Notes: generated by a model not told the origin, from the sequence alone. Numbered from the whole stretch's first letter, positions 1 to 12,800 are shown. The stretch is 63,653 nt of DNA, filler included, from Octopus bimaculoides (GCF_001194135.2; 6 parts of 5 records of this genome joined end to end with filler, not necessarily neighbours in it), one strand, 5' to 3'. Numbers and translations: made by a program.

Positions 1-100
1 TATATATATATATATATATATATATGAAATTTTGAATTTAGTTGACGGACCCCTAGTACTACGTTTGCAGACCACACGCTGGAAAGCACTGGCACTAGGA

Positions 101-253
101 CATCCATCTATCCATCCATACATACATTCATTCATACATGTTTACATACATACATACATGCATGCATGCATACATTCATACATACATACATGCATACATT
201 CATTCATACATGCATGCATACATTCATTCATACATGCTTACATGCATACATAC
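101..253. repeat. (CATA/CATT/CATG)n tetranucleotide microsatellite
   Basis: Directly visible degenerate tetranucleotide array. Confidence 0.9.
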
Positions 254-294
254 ATGGTGATTGCTTCATTTTGCAGATGATTGCTGTCTCCCCA

Positions 295-1450
295 TCAACC
301 ATCATCAGCTCCAAACGTCCGTCCATCACCCCTTAGGTGACTTTTAAGTCCAGCATTAGATTGGCACGGTCTGCAGCAAACGTGACAGATAAAACATGTG
401 CCCTCTATTGGATTTATTGGGTCAACTTCTGGGCTGTTATCTTTATGTACCTTCATATGCCTTTTAAGACCAGGTATTGATTTGCTAATCTTTTTGCACA
501 CTAAACTTGTTGTCTCACCCAGCATTAGAGGGATAGAGCTGCATGTAGTTGGCTTGTTATGTGATTTTAAACGAGAGATGTACCCAGATTTAGAGAGCAG
601 TAAACGACCACACACGTCACAAATCCAGCTCACTATGTTCGCTTCGATGTTCATACTCAGGCCCTTTCGAAGCTGGCGTTTAAATTTTTCTTAATCAACG
701 CGTCTTTCTTCAAACATTCTGCAGCCTTCCTTTACGTATCCTCTCAATTTACTCCTCTTTAAAGCAATCACTTCCCAGTTCTGATCTGGGAGGATCAGAT
801 CTTTAAAGCTGAAGATCTTTACTTCCTGTTAAGGGCTATATCTCGTTCTTCCTCCGAAGATAGAATGCGTCACAACTGGCTGACGCTCGTTTGTAGAGAA
901 ATGCAGCATCTGTACATATGTTCTCGAAACAGCTGTAAGTCACTATCTGCTCACCTTCTGCCTTTCTCTTTCTTCTCATCCATCTTTCGATTTTACGTAC
1001 GATAACCAGTTTTACCTAATATCAATAATTCGAACATACCGGGTAGCTGTTGCGTGAGAATATTAGCATATACCATGACCATTCAGAATATTCTTCAGTT
1101 TATCTTTTATCGATCTCTTGTGATCCACACTCCTGTAACAATTCAACTTTCACGTTTAAGTACATGTCATAATCTAACACCCTGCTGTTTTTCGTATGTA
1201 TGCGCTAGCAACGAACATTTCGATGTAGTTGCTTGTCAGGTTTTCTAGATGCTATATAGTTCTCAAATCACATTCTACTGTCTTGTGCTTGTTAATATGT
1301 GTGATGCATCGAGTGACATTTGTAGAATGTAGATAGACGTCTTATAAATAGCAGTCAAATCTCCCTCATTTTGCATGCAACCAACCTTCGTCGAACAGAA
1401 CACCTAGGATAATATAGTTTGGGTTCCCAGGACTTCAGGAAATGATGGGT
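295..1450 (-). mobile_element. Degenerate RTE-type LINE, 3' part with C-terminal C2H2-like fingers
   Basis: Minus frames give WEVIALKRSKLRGYVKEGCRMFEERRVD*EKFKRQLRKG followed by CDVCGRLLLSKSGYISRLKSH and CHVCCRPCQSNAGLKSHLR, typical of the RTE ORF end; many stops upstream. Confidence 0.7.
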
Positions 1451-1564
1451 GATGCTGTTTTTTGCTTCATTTTCTAGCGTTACTGCATTTTGGTCCACTT
1501 TCTTCGTCAGTTGTTTCTCTGACTTGGCCACATCATGATGAGCTCCCCGTTTATTTTTAATTGA

Positions 1565-1902
1565 TTTCTTTATACTGTTTCAGCCATTGGACTGCAACCA
1601 TGTTGGGACATCACTTTGAACAAATCGATCGCCGCGCTAATTTTAAAAGCTGGCACTTATTTTGTCATAGTGTAATTGCCGAAATGTTAAGTCACGGAGA
1701 TATAAACAAACCAGCACCGGGCGTTACGTGTTGAGGAGGAGGTGAACAAAGACACACACACACGTATACGACAGTTTTCCACACAGTTTCTGTCCACCAA
1801 ATTTGACCGAGAGCTATAATAGAAAACCTCTTGCCGCGCAGAAGGACTGAACTCGAAACCACGGGCTTACAAAGAGAACTTCTTAACCATACAGCCATGT
1901 TC
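1565..1902 (-). mobile_element. SINE family C (long tRNA-derived SINE with internal microsatellite), degenerate copy
   Basis: Shares TTTCAG(T/C)CATT-GACTGC..CCATG tail and GACTGAAC..CTTAACCA.ACAGCCA head with other copies (32252, 37850, 46235, 48165). Confidence 0.7.
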
Positions 1903-2519
1903 CTAAATTCGCTTACTGCTATTTTCCTTTGTCGTTTACTCAATATTTCTTCTGTTATATTAACACTTGTATCGTCCCTTTGTGTTCATTCAAGTCGAAA
2001 GTGACTGCACTTGTTTGCATACGATAGAAAATAAAGAACTCCTGTTCTATTTTTAACGGAAGTCTGAATGATCGCAACTTTTCAATAGCTTTTGAGATAT
2101 CACTTATGCATGCAGCATGAATGAAATCAACGTTTTCAAGTAATTTAACACACACTCTCTCTCACTCTTTCTCTTTATTGAGCAAACATTCTCTCTATTG
2201 TGTATTTCTCCATCGAGCTGTCTTTCAAAATACTTCAGTGAACTTTTAGCGTGGGAATTCGCTAATAAAACGTGAACACTTTAAAAACTGGACTGAATTA
2301 TTAATCCAGTAACCATGAAATAATACTCCTGTGCAGTAAAAGACAATAACACTCATTCTGTGTGAAAAGCTTCATGTTCAAAGTTTTATTCCCACATGTG
2401 ATAAATGAACACGTACAGTGAGTATACAATGTTGAATAAAGATTTCTGGTAAGAAGAAAGGTTTTTGAACAACTTGCCATGTTCCATGATGACTTTGAGG
2501 AAATAGAAATAAATCAAGC

Positions 2520-2736
2520 GGCCAGCTGGCAGAAACGTTAGCGCGCCGGGCGAAATGCTTAGCGGTATTTCGTCTGCCGTTACGTTCTGAGTTCAAATTC
2601 CGCCGAGGTCGACTTTGCCTTTCATCCTTTCGGGGTCGATAAATTAAGTACCAGTTACGCACTGGGTCGATGTAATCGACTTAATCTCTTTGTCTGTCCC
2701 CTCTATGTTTAGCCCCTTGTGGGCAATAAAGAAATA
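2520..2736 (+). mobile_element. SINE family A with 15-bp TSD
   Basis: Core GTCGACTTTGCCTTTCATCCTTTCGGGGTCGATAAATTAAGTACCAGT; AGAAATAAATCAAGC duplicated at 2505-2519 and 2737-2751. Confidence 0.9.
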
Positions 2737-3562
2737 AGAAATAAATCAAGCTTCGAGATTTACTTTCCACAGGCACTAGACGTAGAATACCATGATGATC
2801 AATTGGTAGGAAATCAGATATTGAGCTCATGTGCCTGGCTCTCTTTAGGTCACGGTGGACCCCTGTCATATCTCGAAGAAGCAGTAGAGAAGAGATACTA
2901 ATTTGAGCGGGAATGCCGCTTAAATAGGCGATGTGCTTCTAGCGACCCCTGCGTATTATTTTGAAGTTATGCGTAGTACATTAGCAAAAGAGAAGTTAAA
3001 CATGTTCGCCTAGAATTTTCTGGAATCTTCTAGAATGTGCGACCAGGAGAAATAACTGTCATTGATTCCCAACGAATATTTTGTGGGCATGCGAATCTGT
3101 TTCAATTAGTGTTGCCCACACACTCATTTTCACTGGGTTATAACAATATAAAATGCATAGATATTTCACACATGTTCTCTGTACGTAACAAAACTATGAA
3201 ATGTATTTTTCTAGTTTTGCACTAATTCTCAGCTAAACGATCAACAATAAAATATTAACCACTCAGGATTTAGACTGGGAAAATTATAGTGATACTATTT
3301 CGTTTTCTTTGTTTGTTCTAACCTAACTCGAACATGAATTAAATTATATACCAGCGAGCCTAACACAGTCCTAGCACAACAATTTCTAAAGGACATGTAA
3401 GACCTCGTATAAATGCTAAAGTAAATTTACAGCAAGTTAAATTTCTAAGGGATAAAAGATGTCTCCCAACAATGGCTAAGTTAGCCAACTACAGTATTCG
3501 AGTTTATTTAAGTTATACATATTTCGTCTTTTGATTTTCTGTAAATTTCATATGCGTGTGTT

Positions 3563-3780
3563 ATTTCTTTACTACCCACAAGGGGTTACACACAGAGGGG
3601 ACAAACAGATTAAGTCGATTACATCGACCCCAGTGCGTGACTGGTACTTATTTAATCGACCTCCGAAAGGATGAAAGGCAAAGTCGACCTCGGCGGAATT
3701 TGAACTCAGAACGTAGCGGTAGACGAAATACCGCTAAGCAATTCGCCTGGTGTGCTACCGTTTCTGCCATCGCCGCCTTG
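3563..3780 (-). mobile_element. SINE family A
   Basis: Reverse complement of the 2520-2736 element at high identity. Confidence 0.9.
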
Positions 3781-3784
3781 CTCT

Positions 3785-3794
3785 GTGTGTGTGT

Positions 3795-3868
<74 letters not shown>
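3785..3868. repeat. (GT)n microsatellite
   Basis: Directly visible. Confidence 0.95.
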
Positions 3869-3870
<2 letters not shown>

Positions 3871-4581
3871 CGTTATGGTTAAGGTGGAATCAGTGGTCAT
3901 TAGTGTAACGGTTGTTGTTGTTGCAGATGTGCAAGATGGAAGAAAAGCGATCGAAGTTGTAAAGAAATATTTATTTACCGTTACTTTGTATAATGTCATG
4001 CCTCGACGAGCAGGTGTGAGTATCATATAAAAACAATAGTTATCTTTTCTTATATGTTGTTGTTGGTTATGTTTGGTCAACTGCTAGCTGCCTAACTAGG
4101 AATTAGAGGAAGATAGAGTGAATGTTAAGTGTAGGAGGTAGATAAAATGATATCTTCATTGTGCCTCACATCTAAACAGCAGTGGTGTTGTGATAAGACA
4201 CTGTATCATAGATGAACATTCTCACTGTAAGCCTTCTCTCAGTTGAATTATCTTACTAACTGGATTCTGGCTGTGGTCGTCTCTGCGTCATCACCTTTTT
4301 GCCAACTCACTTTTTCCTACGGTGTTTTAGTATTTATTGTTGAGAATAATAGATTTCGTTGGCGGTCTGTTATCTCTTTTCTAACTTTTGGTGAAATAGA
4401 AGAGGTTAGAAGGGTCAAGTGGCAAAGACATTAATCCGCTTAGCGAAGGCATCTGATAAATGTAACTGCTGTCACTCACAGAAAAACTATTGTTTTACTG
4501 TGAGAAAAGTAGTAGGAACTGTTAAGTGAAATTTGACGATCAAGGATCGAATCCACGCCATGCCTGCATGAAGCTACTACA
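3869..4581. repeat. ~700-bp dispersed repeat (family F), copy 1
   Basis: Colinear reverse-complement match to 47190-47890 along the whole length. Confidence 0.85.
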
Positions 4582-5973
4582 TATAAATGCGCATGCGTAG
4601 TCTTACGCATGCGTAAAATTAAACAAGCAAGCGTCTCCCGCTCAATTCATACTCTTTCTCGCTGGCCAGCGATTGAGCAAGGACGTGTGTTTAAAGCTGT
4701 CTCTACATCTTTCGGTCTTATACTCGACAGCTCGTTATTCTCACCTCTAAAGATGTATAACTAAAAGATATGTATGTTTACCAAGTAAATAAATGTTGTT
4801 TAGTCTGGAGTTCAGCGTTCCGTCTATTTCTTCAATTTTATAGTAGAAAGTCAGGTATACAATCTAAAGATGTATAACCCACTTTCTACTAAAGTGGTGA
4901 CNNNNNNNNNNNNNNNNNNNNNNNNNNNNNNNNNNNNNNNNNNNNNNNNNNNNNNNNNNNNNNNNNNNNNNNNNNNNNNNNNNNNNNNNNNNNNNNNNNN
5001 NNNNNNNNNNNNNNNNNNNNNNNNNNNNNNNNNNNNNNNNNNNNNNNNNNNNNNNNNNNNNNNNNNNNNNNNNNNNNNNNNNNNNNNNNNNNNNNNNNNN
5101 NNNNNNNNNNNNNNNNNNNNNNNNNNNNNNNNNNNNNNNNNNNNNNNNNNNNNNNNNNNNNNNNNNNNNNNNNNNNNNNNNNNNNNNNNNNNNNNNNNNN
5201 NNNNNNNNNNNNNNNNNNNNNNNNNNNNNNNNNNNNNNNNNNNNNNNNNNNNNNNNNNTTTATGTTTGTATATGTCGCATTTCACACTCTCACATTACAC
5301 ATACATCTTTTATGCCACACAATAACTCTTGTTATTCATTTCGCACGGTCGTTCTTTCATCTTGGGTTAAGAAAATTTTTCTTCGAGGTTTTCGCTAATG
5401 GTCGTACAGAAATTGTGTCTGTCGATCGTTCTGTAAAAGCGTACCTTTTCAAACAGTCATCACCAAACAGCCTTTTCGCCACCAGTGTCGTGCGCCAACC
5501 AAGATTACCACCGTGACGACAACAATTACTACTATCAATTACAAGCATTCCCCTCGACGTCGCCAAGTTTCAACTGAATCATTACCACCACACATACAGA
5601 ACACAGCTATAGCAGTTCCTGCGCCGACGTCTTCATCAATGTNNNNNNNNNNNNNNNNNNNNNNNNNNNNNNNNNNNNNNNNNNNNNNNNNNNNNNNNNN
5701 NNNNNNNNNNNNNNNNNNNNNNNNNNNNNNNNNNNNNNNNNNNNNNNNNNNNNNNNNNNNNNNNNNNNNNNNNNNNNNNNNNNNNNNNNNNNNNNNNNNN
5801 NNNNNNNNNNNNNNNNNNNNNNNNNNNNNAACTAAAGATATGTATGTTTTACCAAGTAAATAAATGTTGTTTAAGTTGTTTAGTCTGGAGTTCAGCGTTC
5901 CGTCTATTTCTTCAATTTTATAGTAGAAAGTCAGGTATACAATCTAAAGATGTATAACCCACTTTCTACTAAA
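4582..5973 (+). mobile_element. Collapsed, gapped Ty3/Gypsy remnant: LTR-like direct repeats, PBS-like motif, integrase tail
   Basis: Near-identical direct repeats 4760-4893 and 5830-5973; first followed by TGGTGAC (4895-4901); 5365-5450 encodes KFFFEVFANGRTEIVSVDRSVKAYL, resembling the Gypsy integrase C-terminal ..VSIDRLKPAYL motif. Confidence 0.6.
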
Positions 5974-6339
5974 AATGTATATATATTCAATGTCGACCTC
6001 ACTCGGGAAGACACATAGCCCGGGTTGGTGACAATGTTAATGATGTAATTATAAATTTCGTGGCATACAGCAAAGCGTTCCGTGTGAGTTTATCTCACTG
6101 TGAATAGTTTAGATAAAAGCTATTGCTACATTTATAATATGTAAAACAGCTTTTGATATGTGCTCACATGTGTGTATGAGAGCGTGTGTCTAGTCACACG
6201 AACTTGTTAGTTCTTAATGTAGCCTAAATCCGTAAAAGTACTATAATATGCATTTGCATATCCAACAGACTAAAGAAGTTCATGGAGCTCGCGTTAATAT
6301 ATGAATCTAATATTCACAACGTCTCTTTCGATTTATTGT

Positions 6340-6510
6340 TTTCAAATTTTGGCACAAGGTCAGCAGATTTAGAGCAGGGGCTAAGTCGATTAAACCGACC
6401 CCTGTGCTCAACTCGTACTTATTTTATTGACCCCAAAAAGATAAAAGGTAACGGACGAAATATCTCTAAGCATTTCGCCCAGCGCACTAACAATTCTACC
6501 AGTTCGCCGT
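6340..6510 (-). mobile_element. SINE family A, degenerate and internally deleted
   Basis: Shares TAAGTCGATTA..CGACCCC.GTG, GTACTTATTTTATTGACCCC and AAGCATTTCGCCC blocks. Confidence 0.65.
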
Positions 6511-6526
6511 ATTCTCTTTCGATTTA

Positions 6527-6730
6527 TGGATCTTGTTCAAAACGGGGGCACCAGTTTTCATTAATGTTTTATGTAGTGTTTTTGGTACCGAAAGACTTTC
6601 AAACTTCGTATACTTATCTATTTTGTGTTATAGAACAGAAAAAAATTTTGTATTCGGATTTATTTCATGTAAAAAATTGTCTTATTTCGATAATTTCAAC
6701 CAATCACTGACAAGTATTCAGCTGTTTACA
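6527..6730 (+). mobile_element. Partial copy of the MITE at 43957-44294
   Basis: TGTTTTATGTAGTGTTTTTGGTACCGAAA.ACTTTCAAACTTCGTATACTT...TTTCAACCAATCACTGAC shared. Confidence 0.8.
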
Positions 6731-7353
6731 AGTTACTCCTTTGGCACTTTAAGCGGTGTAAAGCGTATTTAATCTCCATTACTTCTGACATTTTGCAGAG
6801 GCAACACACGTGTGTTCGTTTTCCCTAACCCTAACCCTAATTGACTTGCTCCTTCCCTAAAAAACCATGCCTTGTGCCTATAATAGAAAGGNNNNNNNNN
6901 NNNNNNNNNNNNNNNNNNNNNNNNNNNNNNNNNNNNNNNNNNNNNNNNNNNNNNNNNNNNNNNNNNNNNNNNNNNNNNNNNNNNNNNNNNNNNNNNNNNN
7001 NNNNNNNNNNNNNNNNNNNNNNNNNNNNNNNNNNNNNNNNNNNNNNNNNNNNNNNNNNNNNNNNNNNNNNNNNNNNNNNNNNNNNNNNNNNNNNNNNNNN
7101 NNNNNNNNNNNNNNNNNNNNNNNNNNNNNNNNNNNNNNNNNNNNNNNNNNNNNNNNNNNNNNNNNNNNNNNNNNNNNNNNNNNNNNNNNNNNNNNNNNNN
7201 NNNNNNNNNNNNNNNNNNNNNNNNNNNNNNNNNNNNNNNNNNNNNNNNNNNNNNNNNNNNNNNNNNNNNNNNNNNNNNNNNNNNNNNNNNNNNNNNNNNN
7301 NNNNNNNNNNNNNNNNNNNNNNNNNNNNNNNNNNNNNNNNNNNNNNNNNNNNN

Positions 7354-7659
7354 GAACAGCCTGCTCGTGAAATTAACGTTCAAGTGGCTGAGCACTCCAC
7401 AGACACGTGTACCCTTAACGTAGTTCTCGGGGATATTCAGCGTGACAGTGTGACAAGGCTGACCCTTTGAATTACAGGCACAGCAGAAACAGGAAGTAAG
7501 AGTGAGAGAAAGTTGTGGTGAAAGAGTACAGCAGGGTTCACCACCATACCCTGCCGGAGCCTCGTGGAGCTTTAGGTGTTTTCGCTCAATAAACACTCAG
7601 AACGCCCGGTCTGGGAATCGAAACCGCGAGTCCGCTAACCATTGGGCCATTGCGCCTCC
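7354..7659 (-). mobile_element. SINE family B (tRNA-derived head)
   Basis: Reverse complement of 35505-35887; 3' part lost in gap; short deletion in the head between ACCGCGA repeats. Confidence 0.9.
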
Positions 7660-7861
7660 ACACAATATACAGTAACAGTAAGTGATACATGTTATTTATG
7701 CTGCATACACCTTCTTCTTGATTTGTGACCCAATAACGAGTAACTCAAACTTTTCTTCAGTTCACTTAGGACACTGATATACCATATCTCTGAATGCTAT
7801 ACCTTGTATACTGTCAAGCAAGCCTTGGTTTTATGCTATCGTCATTTCCTCTTATAGTAAA

Positions 7862-9111
7862 CTAGCAGAAATACCCGGCTTTGCCCGGGTTAAAGAGAAT
7901 AATGAAATCTAAAAACGCCGTCTAGACTACGCAACCCTCAACTGTTAGTAGCTACGATACCATATTTCTACATTAATAACTCTCCAATCCATGCCAGCAT
8001 GGAACATAGACATTAAGTGGAATGCCAGTCTCTCATCTAGGAGGGCCTTGAAATCAATGTTACCAACTGGGGACTACGTGTGTCGTAGTGATAATAAAAA
8101 GACCCAAAGGAGGTCTGCAACGAAATAATTTTACTCAACACTTTGCAAGTGAATCAGTGGAGGCAAAGATGCGTCTCATTTACTTGACAATTTATGCACC
8201 ACATNNNNNNNNNNNNNNNNNNNNNNNNNNNNNNNNNNNNNNNNNNNNNNNNNNNNNNNNNNNNNNNNNNNNNNNNNNNNNNNNNNNNNNNNNNNNNNNN
8301 NNNNNNNNNNNNNNNNNNNNNNNNNNNNNNNNNNNNNNNNNNNNNNNNNNNNNNNNNNNNNNNNNNNNNNNNNNNNNNNNNNNNNNNNNNNNNNNNNNNN
8401 NNNNNNNNNNNNNNNNNNNNNNNNNNNNNNNNNNNNNNNNNNNNNNNNNNNNNNNNNNNNNNNNNNNNNNNNNNNNNNNNNNNNNNNNNNNNNNNNNNNN
8501 NNNNNNNNNNNNNNNNNNNNNNNNNNNNNNNNNNNNNNNNNNNNNNNNNNNNNNNNNNNNNNNNNNNNNNNNNNNNNNNNNNNNNNNNNNNNNNNNNNNN
8601 NNNNNNNNNNNNNNNNNNNNNNNNNNNNNNNNNNNNNNNNNNNNNNNNNNNNNNNNNNNNNNNNNNNNNNNNNNNNNNNNNNNNNNNNNNNNNNNNNNNN
8701 NNNNNNNNNNNNNNNGTATCGAAATGTGATTGTTTCAGTTAGTGGAATAACGTGTACATATACATCTATATGTATACATATACATCTCTCTTTCTCTGTC
8801 TCTCTGAAATTATCTGTCATTACAGTATCGAAATGTGATTGTTTCAGTTAGTAGAATAGTTTCATTTTTAAAGTGAAAGTATTTGACATGAGTGGTTTTG
8901 TTTCACTTTTGACACGTAATACTTAAATAGTGGAGGAGATATTATGTTGCCGTGGGCTCGAACTCTGCAAGAAGTTAAAATTTTTTTGACTAAAACACAA
9001 CTGGAACCCTAAGTAAGGCATCTGTAAAATTTGAATGAAATTGGTTGCGTAGTTCTCGAGTTTTAGGGATTCACACAGACAGACACACATTCTCATTTTT
9101 ATATATAGAGA
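7862..9111 (-). mobile_element. Non-autonomous Helitron with both termini
   Basis: Minus strand starts TCTCTATATATAAAAATG and ends with CCCGGGCAAAGCCGGG hairpin plus CTAG; inserted between host A and T; internal gap; 28-bp internal direct repeat at about 8717-8744 and 8825-8852. Confidence 0.8.
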
Positions 9112-9329
9112 TTACTATGGTCTATTAAACCTTCTGAACGTCGTCTATTATTGCATTACAAGGTATTATACTATCGCTGTTATAAAAAGTCAGGTGTTAT
9201 TTTAGTGCTTATTCACTAAAAATAAAGTCTACCGATATTTACAGCGATACGTAGATGGGGTATTACAAGGATGGCAATTACTTCTTGAGAGGGAGAAAGA
9301 TGGCTCGATGTTAACAGTGTCATTGTATC

Positions 9330-9748
9330 TTTATGTTTTATCTTTTACTAGTTTCAGTCATTGGACTGCAACCATGCTGGGGCACCGCCTTGAAAGGTTT
9401 TAGCGGAACAAATCAAACACGATGATTACGTTCTATTTTTTTTTTTACTTGTATATAGATTGATACTTATTCTATTGACCTTTGTGACTGAACTGCTGAG
9501 TTACGTGGACGTAAACAAACCACCGCCAGTTCTCAAGCGGTGGCATGATGTGAATGTATGACAAATAACACAAAAAGAAAATACACACACAACGAGATCC
9601 CATCCAGTTTCCGTCTACTAAATTCCCTCGCAAGGCATTAATCGATCTCGTGCTAAAGTAGAAGACGCTTGCCCATGTACCGGTGGTGGGATTGAACCTG
9701 AAACTACGTGGTTGCAAAGCGAGCTTCTTAACCACGCAGCCATACCTA
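9330..9748 (-). mobile_element. SINE family C, degenerate
   Basis: Same blocks and order as other family C copies. Confidence 0.8.
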
Positions 9749-9869
9749 TAGAGAAAAATATGCAAGCCGATAATCGCAGCTTCTTCGGATTGAAGTAGAA
9801 CAATTAAAGATGTAGGAGATAATACTTCACCTGTCTTGACCCATCCACTCTCATTGGATCTTTTTCTGT

Positions 9870-12800
9870 TTGGCTGCCATGGTCAATTTCTGTTCGAATT
9901 GATTTCATATTCAGATACACTTTTAAAGGCTAATCAATGCTATGAAAATCATTTTCGCCATAAATCAATAAATAAAGAGTTATTAGCTGTTAAAGTTTGA
10001 AAATTTTGGGTAATTTAAGCCAATCGTAAGCCACAGACACATTCAAGCGGAACATGAGAACTCATTTGTTTGCGAGAAAGCACCTGTTGACAAATATATG
10101 GAAACTACTTGTAGACGCTGTGTTCTACTGTTTTACTTACCTGGTAATTTTATCGATCTCTTTGATTTTGTTTTTAGATAACCAGCAATTCAGCTTGGAA
10201 AACTACATTAAGTCACCAAATTTTAAAATTTTCGCCCTTAATCTCTCTATATTAATAAACGATAGAAATGGTTGGTTTGTTGGTTGATTTTTTCCAGTCA
10301 CGCTTTACATCGTAAAGTATTTTTTAATACTCTCAAAAGACTGAAGATTTGTCTTGGCAAAGCTGTGGAACAAGATCGGTTAAATACTTTGGCTCTGATT
10401 TGTAATGATCGGATGTACGATAATGCATTTCTATATGAAGGTGTTTCAAAGATTATCAGTATATTTAGCCGTGAGAAGAACAACCTAAGTCCCTGTTTAA
10501 ACTATTCTGGGATCTATTCAGTTTGGCTGCCAGCATCAATTCTGTTCGAATTGATTTCATATTCAGTGTAATGATACACTTTTATAGGCTAACTAGCAGT
10601 ATAACCTGACCTTATCCGGGTGTGACTTATTATGCCATCTACGATAAGTCTTGCTAGCTGAAAATCAACTAAAAAAGAAAGCCTTACAACGAAAAAACCC
10701 TTATGATGTAAATATGTTCATAATTCAAAAGACGATGAAATTAAGATGGAAAGTCTGAAGGCTGTTTTGTATAACGTTATTAAGTGTACGTAAATTTCAT
10801 CCGTCTAATTGGCTATACAAATGCTTGGGCAAAGCAACTTTTTGCGCTGCCTTGATTATACATAGCAGGGTAATTCCTTTTCGTAGGAGGTAGGACGGCA
10901 ATTTCTGATGAAGCAATTGCTGGTGATCTGTTGCTACACAGTTCTGCCAGAATTCTATCAGATTGGGCAGTAGATGATGATGCACAGTTTTGCATTATGT
11001 TCAAAGTAACTTCTGGAATGTGGTGAATTGCTGCAGTCTGTTGCTGTCTTTTTAAACCGGTTGCTTTCTTTCCCCAACAAGCTCTCTTGTTTGGAGGTAT
11101 AATCTATGTACATATTAAACAGAACAACAAANNNNNNNNNNNNNNNNNNNNNNNNNNNNNNNNNNNNNNNNNNNNNNNNNNNNNNNNNNNNNNNNNNNNN
11201 NNNNNNNNNNNNNNNNNNNNNNNNNNNNNNNNNNNNNNNNNNNNNNNNNNNNNNNNNNNNNNNNNNNNNNNNNNNNNNNNNNNNNNNNNNNNNNNNNNNN
11301 NNNNNNNNNNNNNNNNNNNNNNNNNNNNNNNNNNNNNNNNNNNNNNNNNNNNNNNNNNNNNNNNNNNNNNNNNNNNNNNNNNNNNNNNNNNNNNNNNNNN
11401 NNNNNNNNNNNNNNNNNNNNNNNNNNNNNNNNNNNNNNNNNNNNNNNNNNNNNNNNNNNNNNNNNNNNNNNNNNNNNNNNNNNNNNNNNNNNNNNNNNNN
11501 NNNNNNNNNNNNNNNNNNNNNNNNNNNNNNNNNNNNNNNNNNNNNNNNNNNNNNNNNNNNNNNNNNNNNNNNNNNNNNNNNNNNNNNNNNNNNNNNNNNN
11601 NNNNNNNNNNNNNNNNNNNNNNNNNNNNNNNNNNNNNNNNNNNNNNNNNNNNNNNNNNNNNNNNNNNNNNNNNNNNNNNNNNNNNNNNNNNNNNNNNNNN
11701 NNNNNNNNNNNNNNNNNNNNNNNNNNNNNNNNNNNNNNNNNNNNNNNNNNNNNNNNNNNNNNNNNNNNNNNNNNNNNNNNNNNNNNNNNNNNNNNNNNNN
11801 NNNNNNNNNNNNNNNNNNNNNNNNNNNNNNNNNNNNNNNNNNNNNNNNNNNNNNNNNNNNNNNNNNNNNNNNNNNNNNNNNNNNNNNNNNNNNNNNNNNN
11901 NNNNNNNNNNNNNNNNNNNNNNNNNNNNNNNNNNNNNNNNNNNNNNNNNNNNNNNNNNNNNNNNNNNNNNNNNNNNNNNNNNNNNNNNNNNNNNNNNNNN
12001 NNNNNNNNNNNNNNNNNNNNNNNNNNNNNNNNNNNNNNNNNNNNNNNNNNNNNNNNNNNNNNNNNNNNNNNNTTATGAAAAATAGGTAAAGAACACTGAG
12101 ATGAAAGTTTAATCTATGACGTTGTATGTATCACTTTCTCTCTCTCTCTCCCTCCTCCTCTTTAACTCTTACTCTCTATATTTTTATGTTGAGCGCGTGT
12201 GTAAGAATGGCGTTCCAGGTAGAAGGGATGAAATATAAAAGTTGCTAGAAACAACAGCCAAATCTCCCTTAAATCACACAAAGTAAACGGAATTTTTAAA
12301 ATTTAATTACTGCACTGGAAAGTTCACATCGAGAAAATTCCATTGATGTAAAATTTTTTACGAAAAAGTGGAAAATGTGGATTTCTATAAACATTCAAAA
12401 AGGCTTCACACAGACACACAACTTCAGATTTATATATTAAGATGAATGACTTGAAAATCATTTTCGCTATAAATCAATAAATAAAGAGTTATTTAGCAAT
12501 TAAAATTTGAAAATTTTCGGTAATTTTAACCAATCGTAAGTCACAGACACATTCATGCCTGTTTTCATAATAACAAGCGGAACATGAGAACTTTTTTGTT
12601 TGCGAGAAAACACGTGTTAACAAATATATTGAAACCACTTGTTTTACCTATCTGTTGACAACTGAGCAGGTGAATTTATGAACTGGTCAACAAAATGCTT
12701 ATTTTTTAAAAATATTTAATTTGTAATGTGCCATTTTGTTTTAGATAAATCTTTTAAGTTCGTGCTATCGCACTAAATGCATATTGAATGCTTAAAACTA

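Noticed and set aside
295-654. C2H2 zinc-finger host gene
   Set aside because: Fingers are degenerate, lack TGEKP linkers and continue in frame from an RTE ORF tail; the same applies to 23234-23330
3866-4581. Solo LTR (TGTAAC..CTACA)
   Set aside because: No TSD, and the second copy shows TGTAACG is part of a variable minisatellite
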